This document shows positions 18,823 to 28,758 of a stretch of DNA of 64,000 nucleotides, one piece after another. Source of the DNA: Candidatus Cloacimonadota bacterium (GTDB lineage Bacteria > Cloacimonadota > Cloacimonadia > Cloacimonadales > TCS61); NCBI GenBank assembly GCA_018645365.1, contig JABGOP010000003.1, positions 3,967 to 67,966 of the forward strand, given 5' to 3'. The notes beneath the pieces are model-generated. The model was given only the letters and a program-made list of their open reading frames with translations, was not told where the DNA came from and did no database searches. The number at the start of each line of letters is the position of its first letter. Position 1 is the first letter of the stretch. A program made the translations under genes and the position numbers.

Positions 18823-19604
18823 GCCGGCAATATTTCTAATTTGAACCGAATTTTGGCTTCCACGCTACCAATAATTATTGAATTTTCTTTTTCGGACAAT
18901 GACACTCGTGTTCGTTTGCCTCTACCACCAATTCTTTCACCATTTACCAAAGTGCCAAGATGGCTACCACGATCCAAAAAATAATAATCATTATCTTTTT
19001 TAGTGATAGCGAAATGTGACCTCGAAACAGAGTAAGGTGAATAGTCGGATAAGTAAAAATCATTACGGTGAAACAGCTTGTCTGATCTTCTGCGGGAGTG
19101 CCTGCCAATTTTGAATGGGAAATGTGATATGACAATTCTATCTAAATTACGCAACATTCTCTTCGCTTTCGATGTCGTTGGAATTAATGTTAATATCTTT
19201 TTTTCGGATCTTTTTGCAGTAGCAATTATGTCTCGAACGAAACCACCTTTTCCTTCAAGTTTGCTTTCGTAAAACCTAATTTCTTCGGCTAAACTCAATA
19301 AAATTGGTTTGATAAATTCAGCATTTTCACTTTCGTAAAGTTCTGTAAAAATACGAGGATCAATAATATCAATTTCTACATCCGTAACTGCAACTGCTGT
19401 AAAACGATATGGCTTTTCTAAAATAAAGTCAACCGTACCAAAAAGATCACCTTCATTTAATTCTACAAAGGACATTTTATTGGAATTTTTTAGTAATACT
19501 TTACCTTTGTTAATTTTATAAATATCGGTAGAATTATCGCCTTGTTTGACGATAATATCATTTTTTTCGTATTTTTTTTTGAAAATATTAATATTCATTT
19601 TCAA
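18819..19604 (-). CDS. Cyclic-nucleotide-binding domain / FHA domain fusion protein
   Basis: aa ~10-115 form a cNMP-binding-like beta-roll (IVKQGDNSTDIYKINKGKVLL...EGDLFGT...AVAVTDVEI). aa ~160-255 are an FHA domain (FPFKIGR...VSRSHFAI...FLDRGSHLGTLVNGERI). Confidence 0.8.
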   Translation of the reverse strand: MKMNINIFKKKYEKNDIIVKQGDNSTDIYKINKGKVLLKNSNKMSFVELNEGDLFGTVDFILEKPYRFTAVAVTDVEIDIIDPRIFTELYESENAEFIKPILLSLAEEIRFYESKLEGKGGFVRDIIATAKRSEKKILTLIPTTSKAKRMLRNLDRIVISHFPFKIGRHSRRRSDKLFHRNDFYLSDYSPYSVSRSHFAITKKDNDYYFLDRGSHLGTLVNGERIGGRGKRTRVSLSEKENSIIIGSVEAKIRFKLEILPA

Positions 19605-19675
19605 TCCTTTTTTTCATCATGTTACATGTTTACTAAATGCACTTTGTGTTCCATTCTATAAATTATTTTCACTTT

Positions 19676-20791
19676 TTAATTACCCAAAATTCCCAAAAGA
19701 ACACCTGCAGCCACCGCGGAGCCAATCACACCAGCGACATTTGGAGCCATTGCATGCATCAATAAAAAATTACTTTTATCGCATGTTTGTCCAACATGAT
19801 GCACCACTCTAGCACTATCTGGTACTGCTGAAACACCAGCGGCACCAATCATTGGATTTATTTTTGTTTTCAAAAACAAATTCATTAATTTAGCAAATAA
19901 AAGTCCTGTTGCTGTCGCGATACAAAAAGAAAATGCACCCAACATAAATATTTTTACAGAATCTACTTTCAAAAAAACATCTGCTTGCGTACTCGCACCA
20001 ACCGTTAAACCGAGCAAAACTGTGATTATGTCTATCAATGCATTGCGGGTAGAATTTGCAAGACGCTCTGTCACCCCACTTTCTTTCAAAAGATTTCCAA
20101 AAAACAGCATTCCCAAAAGAACAGAAGCACCAGGTGCTATCATAATCGTAACTAACGCACCAACAATCGGGAAAATTACTTTTTCCCGTTGAGTAACAAC
20201 ACGCGGTGTTTTCATCTTAATGATTCGTTCTTTTTTGGTAGTTAACAGTTTGATAATTGGCGGTTGAATCACTGGCACTAGTGCCATGTATGAATAAGCT
20301 GCAATCGCAATTGGGCCAACTAAATGTGGTGCAAGTTGTGATGAGAGAAAGATAGAAGTCGGACCATCCGCTCCACCAATAATGCCAATTGCACCTGCTT
20401 CACTGATGCTGAAACCCAATAAAATTGAACCAATAAATGTGGCGAAAATTCCAAACTGAGCCGCCGCTCCTAAAAGAATTAATTTTGGATTTGCAATAAG
20501 GGTAGAAAAATCTGTCATCGCGCCTAAACCCAAAAAAATGAGTGGCGGATAAACTCCCGCTTTTACTCCCCAGTACAATAAATTCATTACCGAATTTGGT
20601 TCGTAAACACCGAGAGTTCCAGGTATATTTCCCAAAATCACCCCAAATCCAATTGGCACTAAAAGTAATGGTTCATAATTTTTGGCAATACCTAAATAGA
20701 CAAAGCTCAAACCAATCACAATCATAATAAAATATGACCATTCAAATTGTGCTAAGCCGGTCGTCGAAAAAAACTGAAAAAATTCGCTCAT
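19676..20791 (-). CDS. mmdB: Na+-translocating decarboxylase beta subunit (methylmalonyl-CoA/oxaloacetate decarboxylase)
   Basis: Polytopic membrane protein with YEPLLLVPIGFGVILGNIP and overall OadB/MmdB collinearity. Confidence 0.92.
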   Translation of the reverse strand: MSEFFQFFSTTGLAQFEWSYFIMIVIGLSFVYLGIAKNYEPLLLVPIGFGVILGNIPGTLGVYEPNSVMNLLYWGVKAGVYPPLIFLGLGAMTDFSTLIANPKLILLGAAAQFGIFATFIGSILLGFSISEAGAIGIIGGADGPTSIFLSSQLAPHLVGPIAIAAYSYMALVPVIQPPIIKLLTTKKERIIKMKTPRVVTQREKVIFPIVGALVTIMIAPGASVLLGMLFFGNLLKESGVTERLANSTRNALIDIITVLLGLTVGASTQADVFLKVDSVKIFMLGAFSFCIATATGLLFAKLMNLFLKTKINPMIGAAGVSAVPDSARVVHHVGQTCDKSNFLLMHAMAPNVAGVIGSAVAAGVLLGILGN

Positions 20792-20794
20792 TGA

Positions 20795-21217
20795 TTACTC
20801 TCCAATTTCTAAAAGCGTTTGCTGCTCTTGCACGCTATCGCCTTCTTTCACACTGATTAATTTAATAATTCCAGTTACATTTGCAACAATTTCTGATTCC
20901 ATTTTCATCGCCTCCAAAATTAAAACAGGCTGTCCGCTGATTACTTTATCGCCCTCTTTTACTAAAAGTTTGAGCACTAAACCAGGAATTGGAGCCGCCA
21001 AAACACCCGTTTTTAAATTTTGTACAATCTTTTTCGGTACCGAAATTTGAGATGTTTTTTTAGGTGTACGAACCAATGACTTTTGCACTTGTTTTTCCTG
21101 CTCAATATCTATTTCATACTTGATGCCGTTCACTTCTACAATTGCACTATCGCCATGATATTCCACGATGCGTGTTTCATATTTTTCATTTTTTATGGTG
21201 AATTTATATTTTTTCAT
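20795..21217 (-). CDS. mmdC: Biotin carboxyl carrier subunit of the decarboxylase
   Basis: C-terminal biotinyl domain with LEAMKMESEI (AMKM biotinylation motif). Confidence 0.9.
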   Translation of the reverse strand: MKKYKFTIKNEKYETRIVEYHGDSAIVEVNGIKYEIDIEQEKQVQKSLVRTPKKTSQISVPKKIVQNLKTGVLAAPIPGLVLKLLVKEGDKVISGQPVLILEAMKMESEIVANVTGIIKLISVKEGDSVQEQQTLLEIGE

Positions 21218-21762
21218 TTTGACTCCTTAAAATATCTATTGTTTGGAAAATTATTGACATTGGAAGCACGCCACATATTCACTGGAGCACGCGTCCAAGT
21301 TACCAAAAGATTATTCTGTTGTTCTGCTTCTTTTTCGTGAAGATAGATGGTCATCATTGCAGCTATTTCATTATTGGAATGAGTTTTTTCATCTATTTTA
21401 GGAGACACTTTTTTACGTTCGAAAAGATGTAAATTCTGCAATTGACCAATCAAAAAACCAACTAACGACAAACTGATAAAAACAATCAACATCCCGACCA
21501 AAACAATACCTCTCAAAAAAGTTGATTTTGTTTCTTCGTATTTTTGCAAGCCAGTTACAAATTTCGTAGAATCAATTTGCAATTCTGCAAGCGTTTTTTG
21601 ATTTGAAATATCTTTCTCAATTTGCAAAACTTCCTTTAATTTTTTGATAGGAATAGCAGATTCTCTTGAAATGTCTATTAAACTTTTTTCAGTCGAATAT
21701 TCAACATTTGCAAAACAAAATGCCACCATCAAAAATATCAAAAATATCATTATTTTTTTCAT
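21214..21762 (-). CDS. OadG/MmdD-like small membrane subunit (enlarged)
   Basis: It sits between the carboxyltransferase and biotin carrier genes. It has a central TM helix GIVLVGMLIVFISLSLVGFLIG and a downstream IAAMMTIYLHE segment like OadG-family proteins. An extra N-terminal signal-like helix and about 70 aa are present. Confidence 0.55.
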   Translation of the reverse strand: MKKIMIFLIFLMVAFCFANVEYSTEKSLIDISRESAIPIKKLKEVLQIEKDISNQKTLAELQIDSTKFVTGLQKYEETKSTFLRGIVLVGMLIVFISLSLVGFLIGQLQNLHLFERKKVSPKIDEKTHSNNEIAAMMTIYLHEKEAEQQNNLLVTWTRAPVNMWRASNVNNFPNNRYFKESK

Positions 21763-21774
21763 AAATTTACCAAA

Positions 21775-23325
21775 TTACAATGGAATATTTCCGTGTTTTC
21801 GAGGTGGGTTAGAATCTTTTTTATTAGCTAACATTTCGAGTGCACGAATAATTCTAAAACGCGTGTCTGCTGGTTCAATCACATCATCTATATAACCTTT
21901 TTCTGCTGCTAAATATGGGTTAGCAAATTTTTCTTTATATTCTTTGATTTTAGCTGCCACAAATTTTTCCTTATCTTCTGCTTCAGCCACATCCTTGCGG
22001 AAAATTATTTCGACTGCACCTTTTGGTCCCATCACCGCAATTTCGGAAGATGGCCACGCGTAAACCATATCAGCACGCATGTGACGACTATTCATCACAC
22101 AATAAGCACCACCGTAAGCCTTTCTTAAAATCACTGTAATTTTGGGAACTGTTGCTTCCGCAAAAGCATAAAGTAATTTCGCACCGTGACGAATAATGCC
22201 ATTCCATTCTTGATTTGAACCTGGCAAAAATCCTGGTACATCCTCCAAAACGACGAGTGGAATATTGAAAGAATCACAAAAACGGACAAATCGAGCTGCT
22301 TTTACTGACGCATTAATGTCCAAAACGCCCGCTAAAAATTTTGGTTGATTTGCCACAATTCCAACACTTTGTCCGTTCATTCTGCAAAATCCAACCACTA
22401 TATTTTGAGCAAAATTTCTGGCAATTTCCAAAAATTCACCATTATCAACGATGCTCTCAATCACATCTAAAATGTCATAGGGCTTATGTGCGTTTTCAGG
22501 AATAATTTCATTCAATTCATCACAATTTCTTTCAGCAATATCTGTCGAAGCTTTCACAGACGGTCCTTCCATGTTATTGGAGGGAATGTAATCTATCAAT
22601 TGGCGAATAAGCTGAAGTGTTTCTTCTTCATCCTCAGTAACAAATTGTGCAACTCCACTTTTGGAAGCGTGCATAAGTGCACCACCCAAATTTTCCGTTG
22701 TAATATCTTCATTTAATACAGTTTTCACAACTTTCGGACCAGTCACAAACATATAGCTCGATTGTTTATTCATAATAATAAAATCGGTAATCGCAGGCGA
22801 ATAAACCGCACCACCAGCACAGGGTCCCATTATCGCTGAAATTTGAGGAACAACACCACTAGCCATCACATTCCGCAGAAAAATATCGGCGTATCCAGCA
22901 AGTGCATCTACTCCTTCTTGAACGCGTGCTCCACCAGAATCATTTAAGCCGATTAGAGGTGCACCAACTTTCATAGCTAAATCCATTATTTTGCAAATTT
23001 TTGCGGAATGAGTTTTGGATAATGAACCGCCGACAACGGTGAAATCTTGGGCGTAAACATAGACCAATTTGCCATCAATCGTCCCACAACCAGTAACCAC
23101 GCCATCACCCAAAAATCTTTGTTTCTCCATTCCCAAGTTGGTACATTGATGTTTCACAAATGCATCAAATTCTTCGAAACTATCTGGGTCCAAAAGTATA
23201 TTTAATCGCTCACGCGCTGTCAATTTTCCTTTTTTATGTTGTGCTTCGATTCGTTTTTCGCCACCACCCAAACGTGTTTCAGTACGTTTTTCACGCAATT
23301 CTTTAATTTTAGCTAAATTTGACAT
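21775..23325 (-). CDS. mmdA: Methylmalonyl-CoA decarboxylase alpha subunit / acyl-CoA carboxyltransferase
   Basis: Carboxyl transferase domains with [12 protein letters not shown] and [13 protein letters not shown]. The track start 23328 is GTG; the ATG at 23325 follows GGAGGT. Confidence 0.93.
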   Translation of the reverse strand: MSNLAKIKELREKRTETRLGGGEKRIEAQHKKGKLTARERLNILLDPDSFEEFDAFVKHQCTNLGMEKQRFLGDGVVTGCGTIDGKLVYVYAQDFTVVGGSLSKTHSAKICKIMDLAMKVGAPLIGLNDSGGARVQEGVDALAGYADIFLRNVMASGVVPQISAIMGPCAGGAVYSPAITDFIIMNKQSSYMFVTGPKVVKTVLNEDITTENLGGALMHASKSGVAQFVTEDEEETLQLIRQLIDYIPSNNMEGPSVKASTDIAERNCDELNEIIPENAHKPYDILDVIESIVDNGEFLEIARNFAQNIVVGFCRMNGQSVGIVANQPKFLAGVLDINASVKAARFVRFCDSFNIPLVVLEDVPGFLPGSNQEWNGIIRHGAKLLYAFAEATVPKITVILRKAYGGAYCVMNSRHMRADMVYAWPSSEIAVMGPKGAVEIIFRKDVAEAEDKEKFVAAKIKEYKEKFANPYLAAEKGYIDDVIEPADTRFRIIRALEMLANKKDSNPPRKHGNIPL

Positions 23326-23384
23326 CACACCTCCAAATATGTAAATTACTTATTTATTTCATTATTTTTGAGTCAATGAAAAAA

Positions 23385-24674
23385 TCATTTTTTCATTTTT
23401 TCCCACCAATCGAGTCTCTTTTGAATCTCTTTTTCAAAACCAAATTTTGATGGTTGGTAATACTTTTTTTCTCCCATTTTTTCGGGAAAATATTTCTGTT
23501 TTGAAACACTGTTTTCACAATCTGGGTCATACTGATAATTTTTCCCATAATTCAAATCTTTCATCAATTTTGTGGGTGCATTTCGGATGTGTAACGGAAC
23601 TCCAAGATGGCTTGTTTTGTGTGCATCTGCGGCAGCTTTACTGTAAGCTGAATAGATTGCATTGCTTTTCGGAGCGGTTGCCAAATAGACCACCAGTTGA
23701 GCAAGAGCATTATTTGCTTCTGGCATACCAACAAAATGGACGGTCTCTTTTACCGCGATCGCTTGAACGAGTGCATTTGGATCAGCAAGTCCAATATCTT
23801 CTGATGCAAAACGAATTAATCTACGCGTGATATAAAGTGGGTCTTCGCCTGCTTCCAACATGAGTGCTAACCAATATAATCCGGCTTGTGCATCGCTACC
23901 GCGTAACGATTTGTGCAATGCCGAAATCACATTGTAATGTTCTTCGCTATTTTTATCATAAAACATTGCTTTCTTCGTCAAAATTTTAGAAAGAAATTCG
24001 ACATCTACTTTTTCATTTTTCTTTAGATTCTTCAAGACACTTTCGAGGTAATTTAATGCTTTTCTACCATCACCGCCACTTTGAGTCGCCAGAAACAAGA
24101 GACTATCGTCAGGAAAATTAACTTTATATTTTGAAACTGCCCGCTTCAAAATTTGCATAATTTCATCATCAGCCAATTTTTGTAAGACAAAAACCTGACA
24201 ACGCGAAAGAAGTGCTGAAATGATTTCAAATGATGGATTCTCGGTTGTCGCACCGATTAACACAACGGCTCCAGATTCAACAAATGGCAAAAAAGCATCT
24301 TGTTGAGATTTATTGAAACGATGAATCTCATCAATAAAAATAATGGTCGTTTTATTTTGAGTTTGGAGCGTAAATTCCGCTTCTTTCATAACGCTTTTGA
24401 CATCTTTTATACTCGACAAAACCGCGCTAAAAGCAATGTACCTACTCTTTGTTTTTTGTGCTATAATGCGTGCAATCGTGGTTTTCCCAGTTCCTGGTGG
24501 TCCCCACAAAATGAATGAGCTAAAATCATCATTTGCCACCATATTTTGCAATAAACCGTTTTTCTTGAGAAGTTCCTTTTGACCGATAATTTCAGATAAA
24601 TTTTGCGGTCTTATTTTTTCGGCGAGCGGAATTTTGGTAGCTTTATTTTCAAATAATGAAATTTGGTCTAACAT
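23385..24674 (-). CDS. rarA: Replication-associated recombination protein A (MgsA/RarA)
   Basis: [12 protein letters not shown], Walker [29 protein letters not shown], and a C-terminal MgsA helical domain ([23 protein letters not shown]). Confidence 0.95.
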   Translation of the reverse strand: MLDQISLFENKATKIPLAEKIRPQNLSEIIGQKELLKKNGLLQNMVANDDFSSFILWGPPGTGKTTIARIIAQKTKSRYIAFSAVLSSIKDVKSVMKEAEFTLQTQNKTTIIFIDEIHRFNKSQQDAFLPFVESGAVVLIGATTENPSFEIISALLSRCQVFVLQKLADDEIMQILKRAVSKYKVNFPDDSLLFLATQSGGDGRKALNYLESVLKNLKKNEKVDVEFLSKILTKKAMFYDKNSEEHYNVISALHKSLRGSDAQAGLYWLALMLEAGEDPLYITRRLIRFASEDIGLADPNALVQAIAVKETVHFVGMPEANNALAQLVVYLATAPKSNAIYSAYSKAAADAHKTSHLGVPLHIRNAPTKLMKDLNYGKNYQYDPDCENSVSKQKYFPEKMGEKKYYQPSKFGFEKEIQKRLDWWEKMKK

Positions 24675-25570
24675 TATTTTACAATCAATTTAATTTGTTG
24701 TGGAATGACTTCAATTCCCACTTTTTTCGTATCTTTTAAAATGGGAATTTCACCATCATAGTAGAGCGGTAAATCATTTTCCGAAGTTATCTCAATTGAT
24801 TTTACAAGTTTTGTTGAAACTTCCGCATAATCGAGGTGTTTACCTGGAATTACAGTTGGCAATAATTTCATAATACGACGACGATTTATAAATTTAATCA
24901 TACAAACATCGAGAAGTCCATCATCGGCAATTGCAGCTGGTGTAACCTGAAATCCGCCACCACAAAAACGCCCGTTTCCTACTGAAAACATCAACAATTC
25001 ATCGCTAATTTCTTCACCATCAAGTCTCATTTTCAGCTTATACGGCTTGTTGGTAAAAAGGGTAATTAAAATTGCAGAATAATATCGCAAAAGCCCGTTT
25101 AAATATTTGATTTTACTCGCATTTATTGCTGCTTTTGCATCAAAACCAACTCCGAGCGAATTGATAAAATAGGTGTCATCAAATTTGCCAACATCCACGA
25201 TTTTGATACGATTTGCTTCCAAAAGTTGAACTGCTTTTTCGATATTTTGGGGAATGTGAAAATTTTTAGCAAAATCATTTCCGCCACCTTCCGGGATTAT
25301 CGCAAATGTAATTTCAGCTTGCTTTTCTGAACTCATAATGCCATTCACAATTTCGTTGATAGTACCATCTCCACCAACCGCTGCAATTTTACGATATCCT
25401 TTTTTAATTGCATCAATTGTCAATTCGGTGGCATGTTTGGGTGTTTTTGTTAATTCAATTTCGTAATCCAAATTGTGTTTTCGTAAAACTTCAACTAAAC
25501 GGTTAATCTTCTTTCCCGTTTTTCCTCGACCAGCGGCAGCGTTAACGATAAATAACCATTTTTTTTTCAT
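24674..25570 (-). CDS. Diacylglycerol/lipid kinase (YegS/DagK family)
   Basis: DAGK catalytic domain with NAAAGRGK and AAVGGDGTINEIVNG. Confidence 0.88.
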   Translation of the reverse strand: MKKKWLFIVNAAAGRGKTGKKINRLVEVLRKHNLDYEIELTKTPKHATELTIDAIKKGYRKIAAVGGDGTINEIVNGIMSSEKQAEITFAIIPEGGGNDFAKNFHIPQNIEKAVQLLEANRIKIVDVGKFDDTYFINSLGVGFDAKAAINASKIKYLNGLLRYYSAILITLFTNKPYKLKMRLDGEEISDELLMFSVGNGRFCGGGFQVTPAAIADDGLLDVCMIKFINRRRIMKLLPTVIPGKHLDYAEVSTKLVKSIEITSENDLPLYYDGEIPILKDTKKVGIEVIPQQIKLIVK

Positions 25571-26259
25571 CTGAATATCCTTTTTTCTTTTTTTAAAATA
25601 AAGACAAATTCACCTTTCGATAAATCTTTCGTCATCAATATCAGTTCTTTAATATTACCCCAAAATATCTTTTCTTCTGGCTGAGTAAGCTTATACGCCA
25701 ATATCACTTCTCGTCTTTCTCCACAAACTTTTCGGAAATCTCGGAGTAAAGAATTTAATCTGTAAGGTGCTTCCAAAAAAACAATATCATAATCTCGTGG
25801 AAGTTTTTTAAGTTCGAAAATACGCGATTCTCGATTTGCAGATAAAAATCCGTAGTAAAGAAATTTTTCTAATTTGAGACCACTTACCATCAAAGCTGAA
25901 AGAAGTGAAGATGCACCCGGCACGGGCACAACTTTTATTCCATTTTGGTGACATTGCCAAACCAAATTATTGCCCGGATCTGCAAAAAGTGGAGTACCAG
26001 CATCGCTGATAAGAGCAGCAGTTTCACCGTTTTCTAACAATCGTTTTAACAATTCAAACGATTGTTCTTTTTCATTGTGCTCATTCAATAATTCAAGTGG
26101 TTTTTGAATGCCATAACTCTTCAGCAATTTGCTTCCCATCTTGTATTCTTCACAAATCACAAAATCTACTTTTTCCAGAATTTTAAGGGCACGAAGCGTG
26201 ATGTCATCTTTATTTCCAATCGGTGTAGCAACTACAAAAAGTTTGCTATTCAATGACAT
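25567..26259 (-). CDS. rsmI: 16S rRNA (cytidine1402-2'-O)-methyltransferase
   Basis: Tetrapyrrole-methylase fold N-terminus LFVVATPIGNKDDITLRAL and ISDAGTPLFADPG. Confidence 0.92.
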   Translation of the reverse strand: MSLNSKLFVVATPIGNKDDITLRALKILEKVDFVICEEYKMGSKLLKSYGIQKPLELLNEHNEKEQSFELLKRLLENGETAALISDAGTPLFADPGNNLVWQCHQNGIKVVPVPGASSLLSALMVSGLKLEKFLYYGFLSANRESRIFELKKLPRDYDIVFLEAPYRLNSLLRDFRKVCGERREVILAYKLTQPEEKIFWGNIKELILMTKDLSKGEFVFILKKEKRIFR

Positions 26260-28666
26260 AATCTATCTTCCCTTGATAATTTTTTTTGTAATAAATTATG
26301 CTGCCAATGACTAAAATTAGAAGCGTTATTAGGATGCCCGTCAAACTTAAAATTAAGCTCAACTTATATGATTTTGGTGCAAATTTCATTTCGAGAATGT
26401 GTTCGCCTTCTGGAATTACGACACCTCGCAAAATGTAATTTGTAGCATAAATTTCTGTTTTAACACCATCGATGAATGCTTCCCAACCAGCAGGATAGTA
26501 GATTTCACTAACCGTTAAAAATGCTATTTCATCTGTTTCTAGTTTGAATTTTAGATTGTGAATATCAAATTTCAAAAGTTTAACTTTTGTATTTTGGGGA
26601 ATTTTCACATTTCCAATTTCAACTTCCACAATTGCTGTTTCAACAGGTTTGAATTCTGTTTGATTCAATCGTTTCCAAATATCTTTTTTATCTTTAATTA
26701 TTTCAATATTTTTCACAAACCACGCGCGTGGTAATTTTTCCAAATTTTCGTAAATTGATAATTTCGAATTTCTATCATAAAAAGAAAATCGTAAATTTTC
26801 AAGTGGCAATTTTTGTCCAAAAACAATGTATTTTACATTCAACATATTGACAACATTCCAATTTATTGGCACTCGATTTTTTAACTCAAAATGCAAGCAA
26901 TTTTCGATAATATCTTGATATCTTTGCAGTTTTACGGCGTGATATCCACCGATAGATTGGTGGTAATAAGACCACTGATTTTGCCCAAAATTTCCACCGA
27001 GAGGGTAAATACGAAAATCTTCGTCATCGCTTAATAAAAATTTATCAGCATCCGTTTTTTGATAGGTTTTATCTATTGTTTTTTGTGGCTCTATATTTTG
27101 TAAAAACCGTTTATCCACATTGACTAAATCTACAATTATGAATAATGATATCAACATTAAAAACGGATATTTTGCAAGTTTATTTTTGTTAAACAGAAAA
27201 ATAGTTCCGAACAATAAAATCAACAATCCAAAAGAAAAATATCCATCTTTGAGAAGCAAATTATGGCGTTTTGTTTTCAGAGTTTTTAAATAATTCGATG
27301 CGTATTTTAAACCATCTACCCTGCCGTATTCAGAAACAAGTTGCTGCTTAATTTTTGCAATTTCTGTGGCATTTGTATATTGCATTTTTTGGAGAATAGC
27401 TGCTGAAATAATGAATAAAAATCCTAAAATCAGAATTAAGTAAAATGCTATTTTCATATTTTTTTTGAAGTTTTCATCATTGTTTTTGGTAACAATTGTT
27501 TTCAAACCAAAGCCAGCCAAAATTACCGCAGAAAATTGGAGCAAAATCAGAATCATTGTCGGAACACGAAACTTATTAAAAAATGGTAAGTAATTTAAAA
27601 GTAAGTTAGATAATGGTGAAAAATACCTTCCAAATGAAATTAATAACGCCACAATTGAAACTGTCATTAAAAGTTTAATGAACCGTTTTTTACAGAAAAT
27701 AAGAGCGATAAAAGCAAGTGTGAAAATGGTTATCCCAAAATACATTGATGTTTGGGTGAATGGCATCCACCCCCAATAATCTGGAGAAGTTCCACCAAAA
27801 AAATTAGGTATCAAAAAAGTGAGAATTTCAGCAGGATGAAACGACCAACTGGTGGCATATTCTTTACCAACGCCTTCCGTGCCACCACGAATGGTATATT
27901 CCCCATATTCGTAAGTCGATAAATAGGGCTGAGCTATTGCGATTAGTGCAACTACAATGGTAAATAACAACATCAATGAAAAAATAATATGCGATTTTAT
28001 CTTTTTATCTTTTATTGACCAAATAAGCTGAAATGCCCAATAAATTCCGATTAAAATAAAAGTATAATAAGAAATTTGAGCGTGATTTTCGCGTAATTGT
28101 CCTATCAACATTAATGCTAAAAAACCAGTTGCCAAAATGCTTTTGCGTTCTTTCAAATAATGAATGGCGAGAAAAATCCAAGGTAAGTAGATTATTGCTT
28201 TGAATTTGGAATTGTGACCAATTTCGAGTAATCCTAAAAGATGGGTGGAAAGTGCAAATGCAATCGCAACGGTAAAAGCAATAATCGGTTCAAATTTCAA
28301 AAAAATCATCAATAAATAAATACCAACAGCTGCTGAAAACAATAACAAAATACGCCAATTTATCAGTTTATTCGAAAATTTCAAAATTGTATTTATAAAA
28401 GGATATTTTGAACCAAATGAGATGAGATAACCCGGCATACCGGCAAAAACATTACTGTTCCAAATTGCTTGTTCAGAATTGTGTTTATTATAGGAAATCA
28501 TACACTCGGCTGATGAACGCCATTGCAGTGTATCACTTGCTTTAGGCACATAATTTAAGAATGCTATTTTAAAAAATAGAGTCACTAGAATCAGGAACAT
28601 AAGACTGATAAAAATGAAATGTTTAAAGCGTCCATTTAATATTTTTGTTAAAAAATCCATTCGCAT
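26246..28666 (-). CDS. YfhO-family polytopic membrane protein (putative glycosyl transfer/envelope glycosylation)
   Basis: 806 aa with many N-terminal TM helices, a large C-terminal extracytoplasmic region and one final TM helix. This is the YfhO-like architecture. Family assignment is from memory. Confidence 0.6.
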   Translation of the reverse strand: MRMDFLTKILNGRFKHFIFISLMFLILVTLFFKIAFLNYVPKASDTLQWRSSAECMISYNKHNSEQAIWNSNVFAGMPGYLISFGSKYPFINTILKFSNKLINWRILLLFSAAVGIYLLMIFLKFEPIIAFTVAIAFALSTHLLGLLEIGHNSKFKAIIYLPWIFLAIHYLKERKSILATGFLALMLIGQLRENHAQISYYTFILIGIYWAFQLIWSIKDKKIKSHIIFSLMLLFTIVVALIAIAQPYLSTYEYGEYTIRGGTEGVGKEYATSWSFHPAEILTFLIPNFFGGTSPDYWGWMPFTQTSMYFGITIFTLAFIALIFCKKRFIKLLMTVSIVALLISFGRYFSPLSNLLLNYLPFFNKFRVPTMILILLQFSAVILAGFGLKTIVTKNNDENFKKNMKIAFYLILILGFLFIISAAILQKMQYTNATEIAKIKQQLVSEYGRVDGLKYASNYLKTLKTKRHNLLLKDGYFSFGLLILLFGTIFLFNKNKLAKYPFLMLISLFIIVDLVNVDKRFLQNIEPQKTIDKTYQKTDADKFLLSDDEDFRIYPLGGNFGQNQWSYYHQSIGGYHAVKLQRYQDIIENCLHFELKNRVPINWNVVNMLNVKYIVFGQKLPLENLRFSFYDRNSKLSIYENLEKLPRAWFVKNIEIIKDKKDIWKRLNQTEFKPVETAIVEVEIGNVKIPQNTKVKLLKFDIHNLKFKLETDEIAFLTVSEIYYPAGWEAFIDGVKTEIYATNYILRGVVIPEGEHILEMKFAPKSYKLSLILSLTGILITLLILVIGSIIYYKKNYQGKIDYVIE

Positions 28667-28723
28667 AAACTTCCTTTAAAAAATTTTCTTTTAAAAATTT
28701 ATTTTATAGCAAAATAGTCAAAT

Positions 28724-28750
28724 AAAAAAAGCCCACAAAATTTTGTGGGC
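28724..28750 (-). terminator. Rho-independent terminator ending the kor-hdr-frd-suc-fum-mae operon
   Basis: Perfect 10-bp stem gcccacaaaa/ttttgtgggc (28731-28750), 8 nt after the malic enzyme stop. On the minus strand it is followed by a run of 7 T (28724-28730). Confidence 0.8.
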
Positions 28751-28758
28751 TTCGATTT

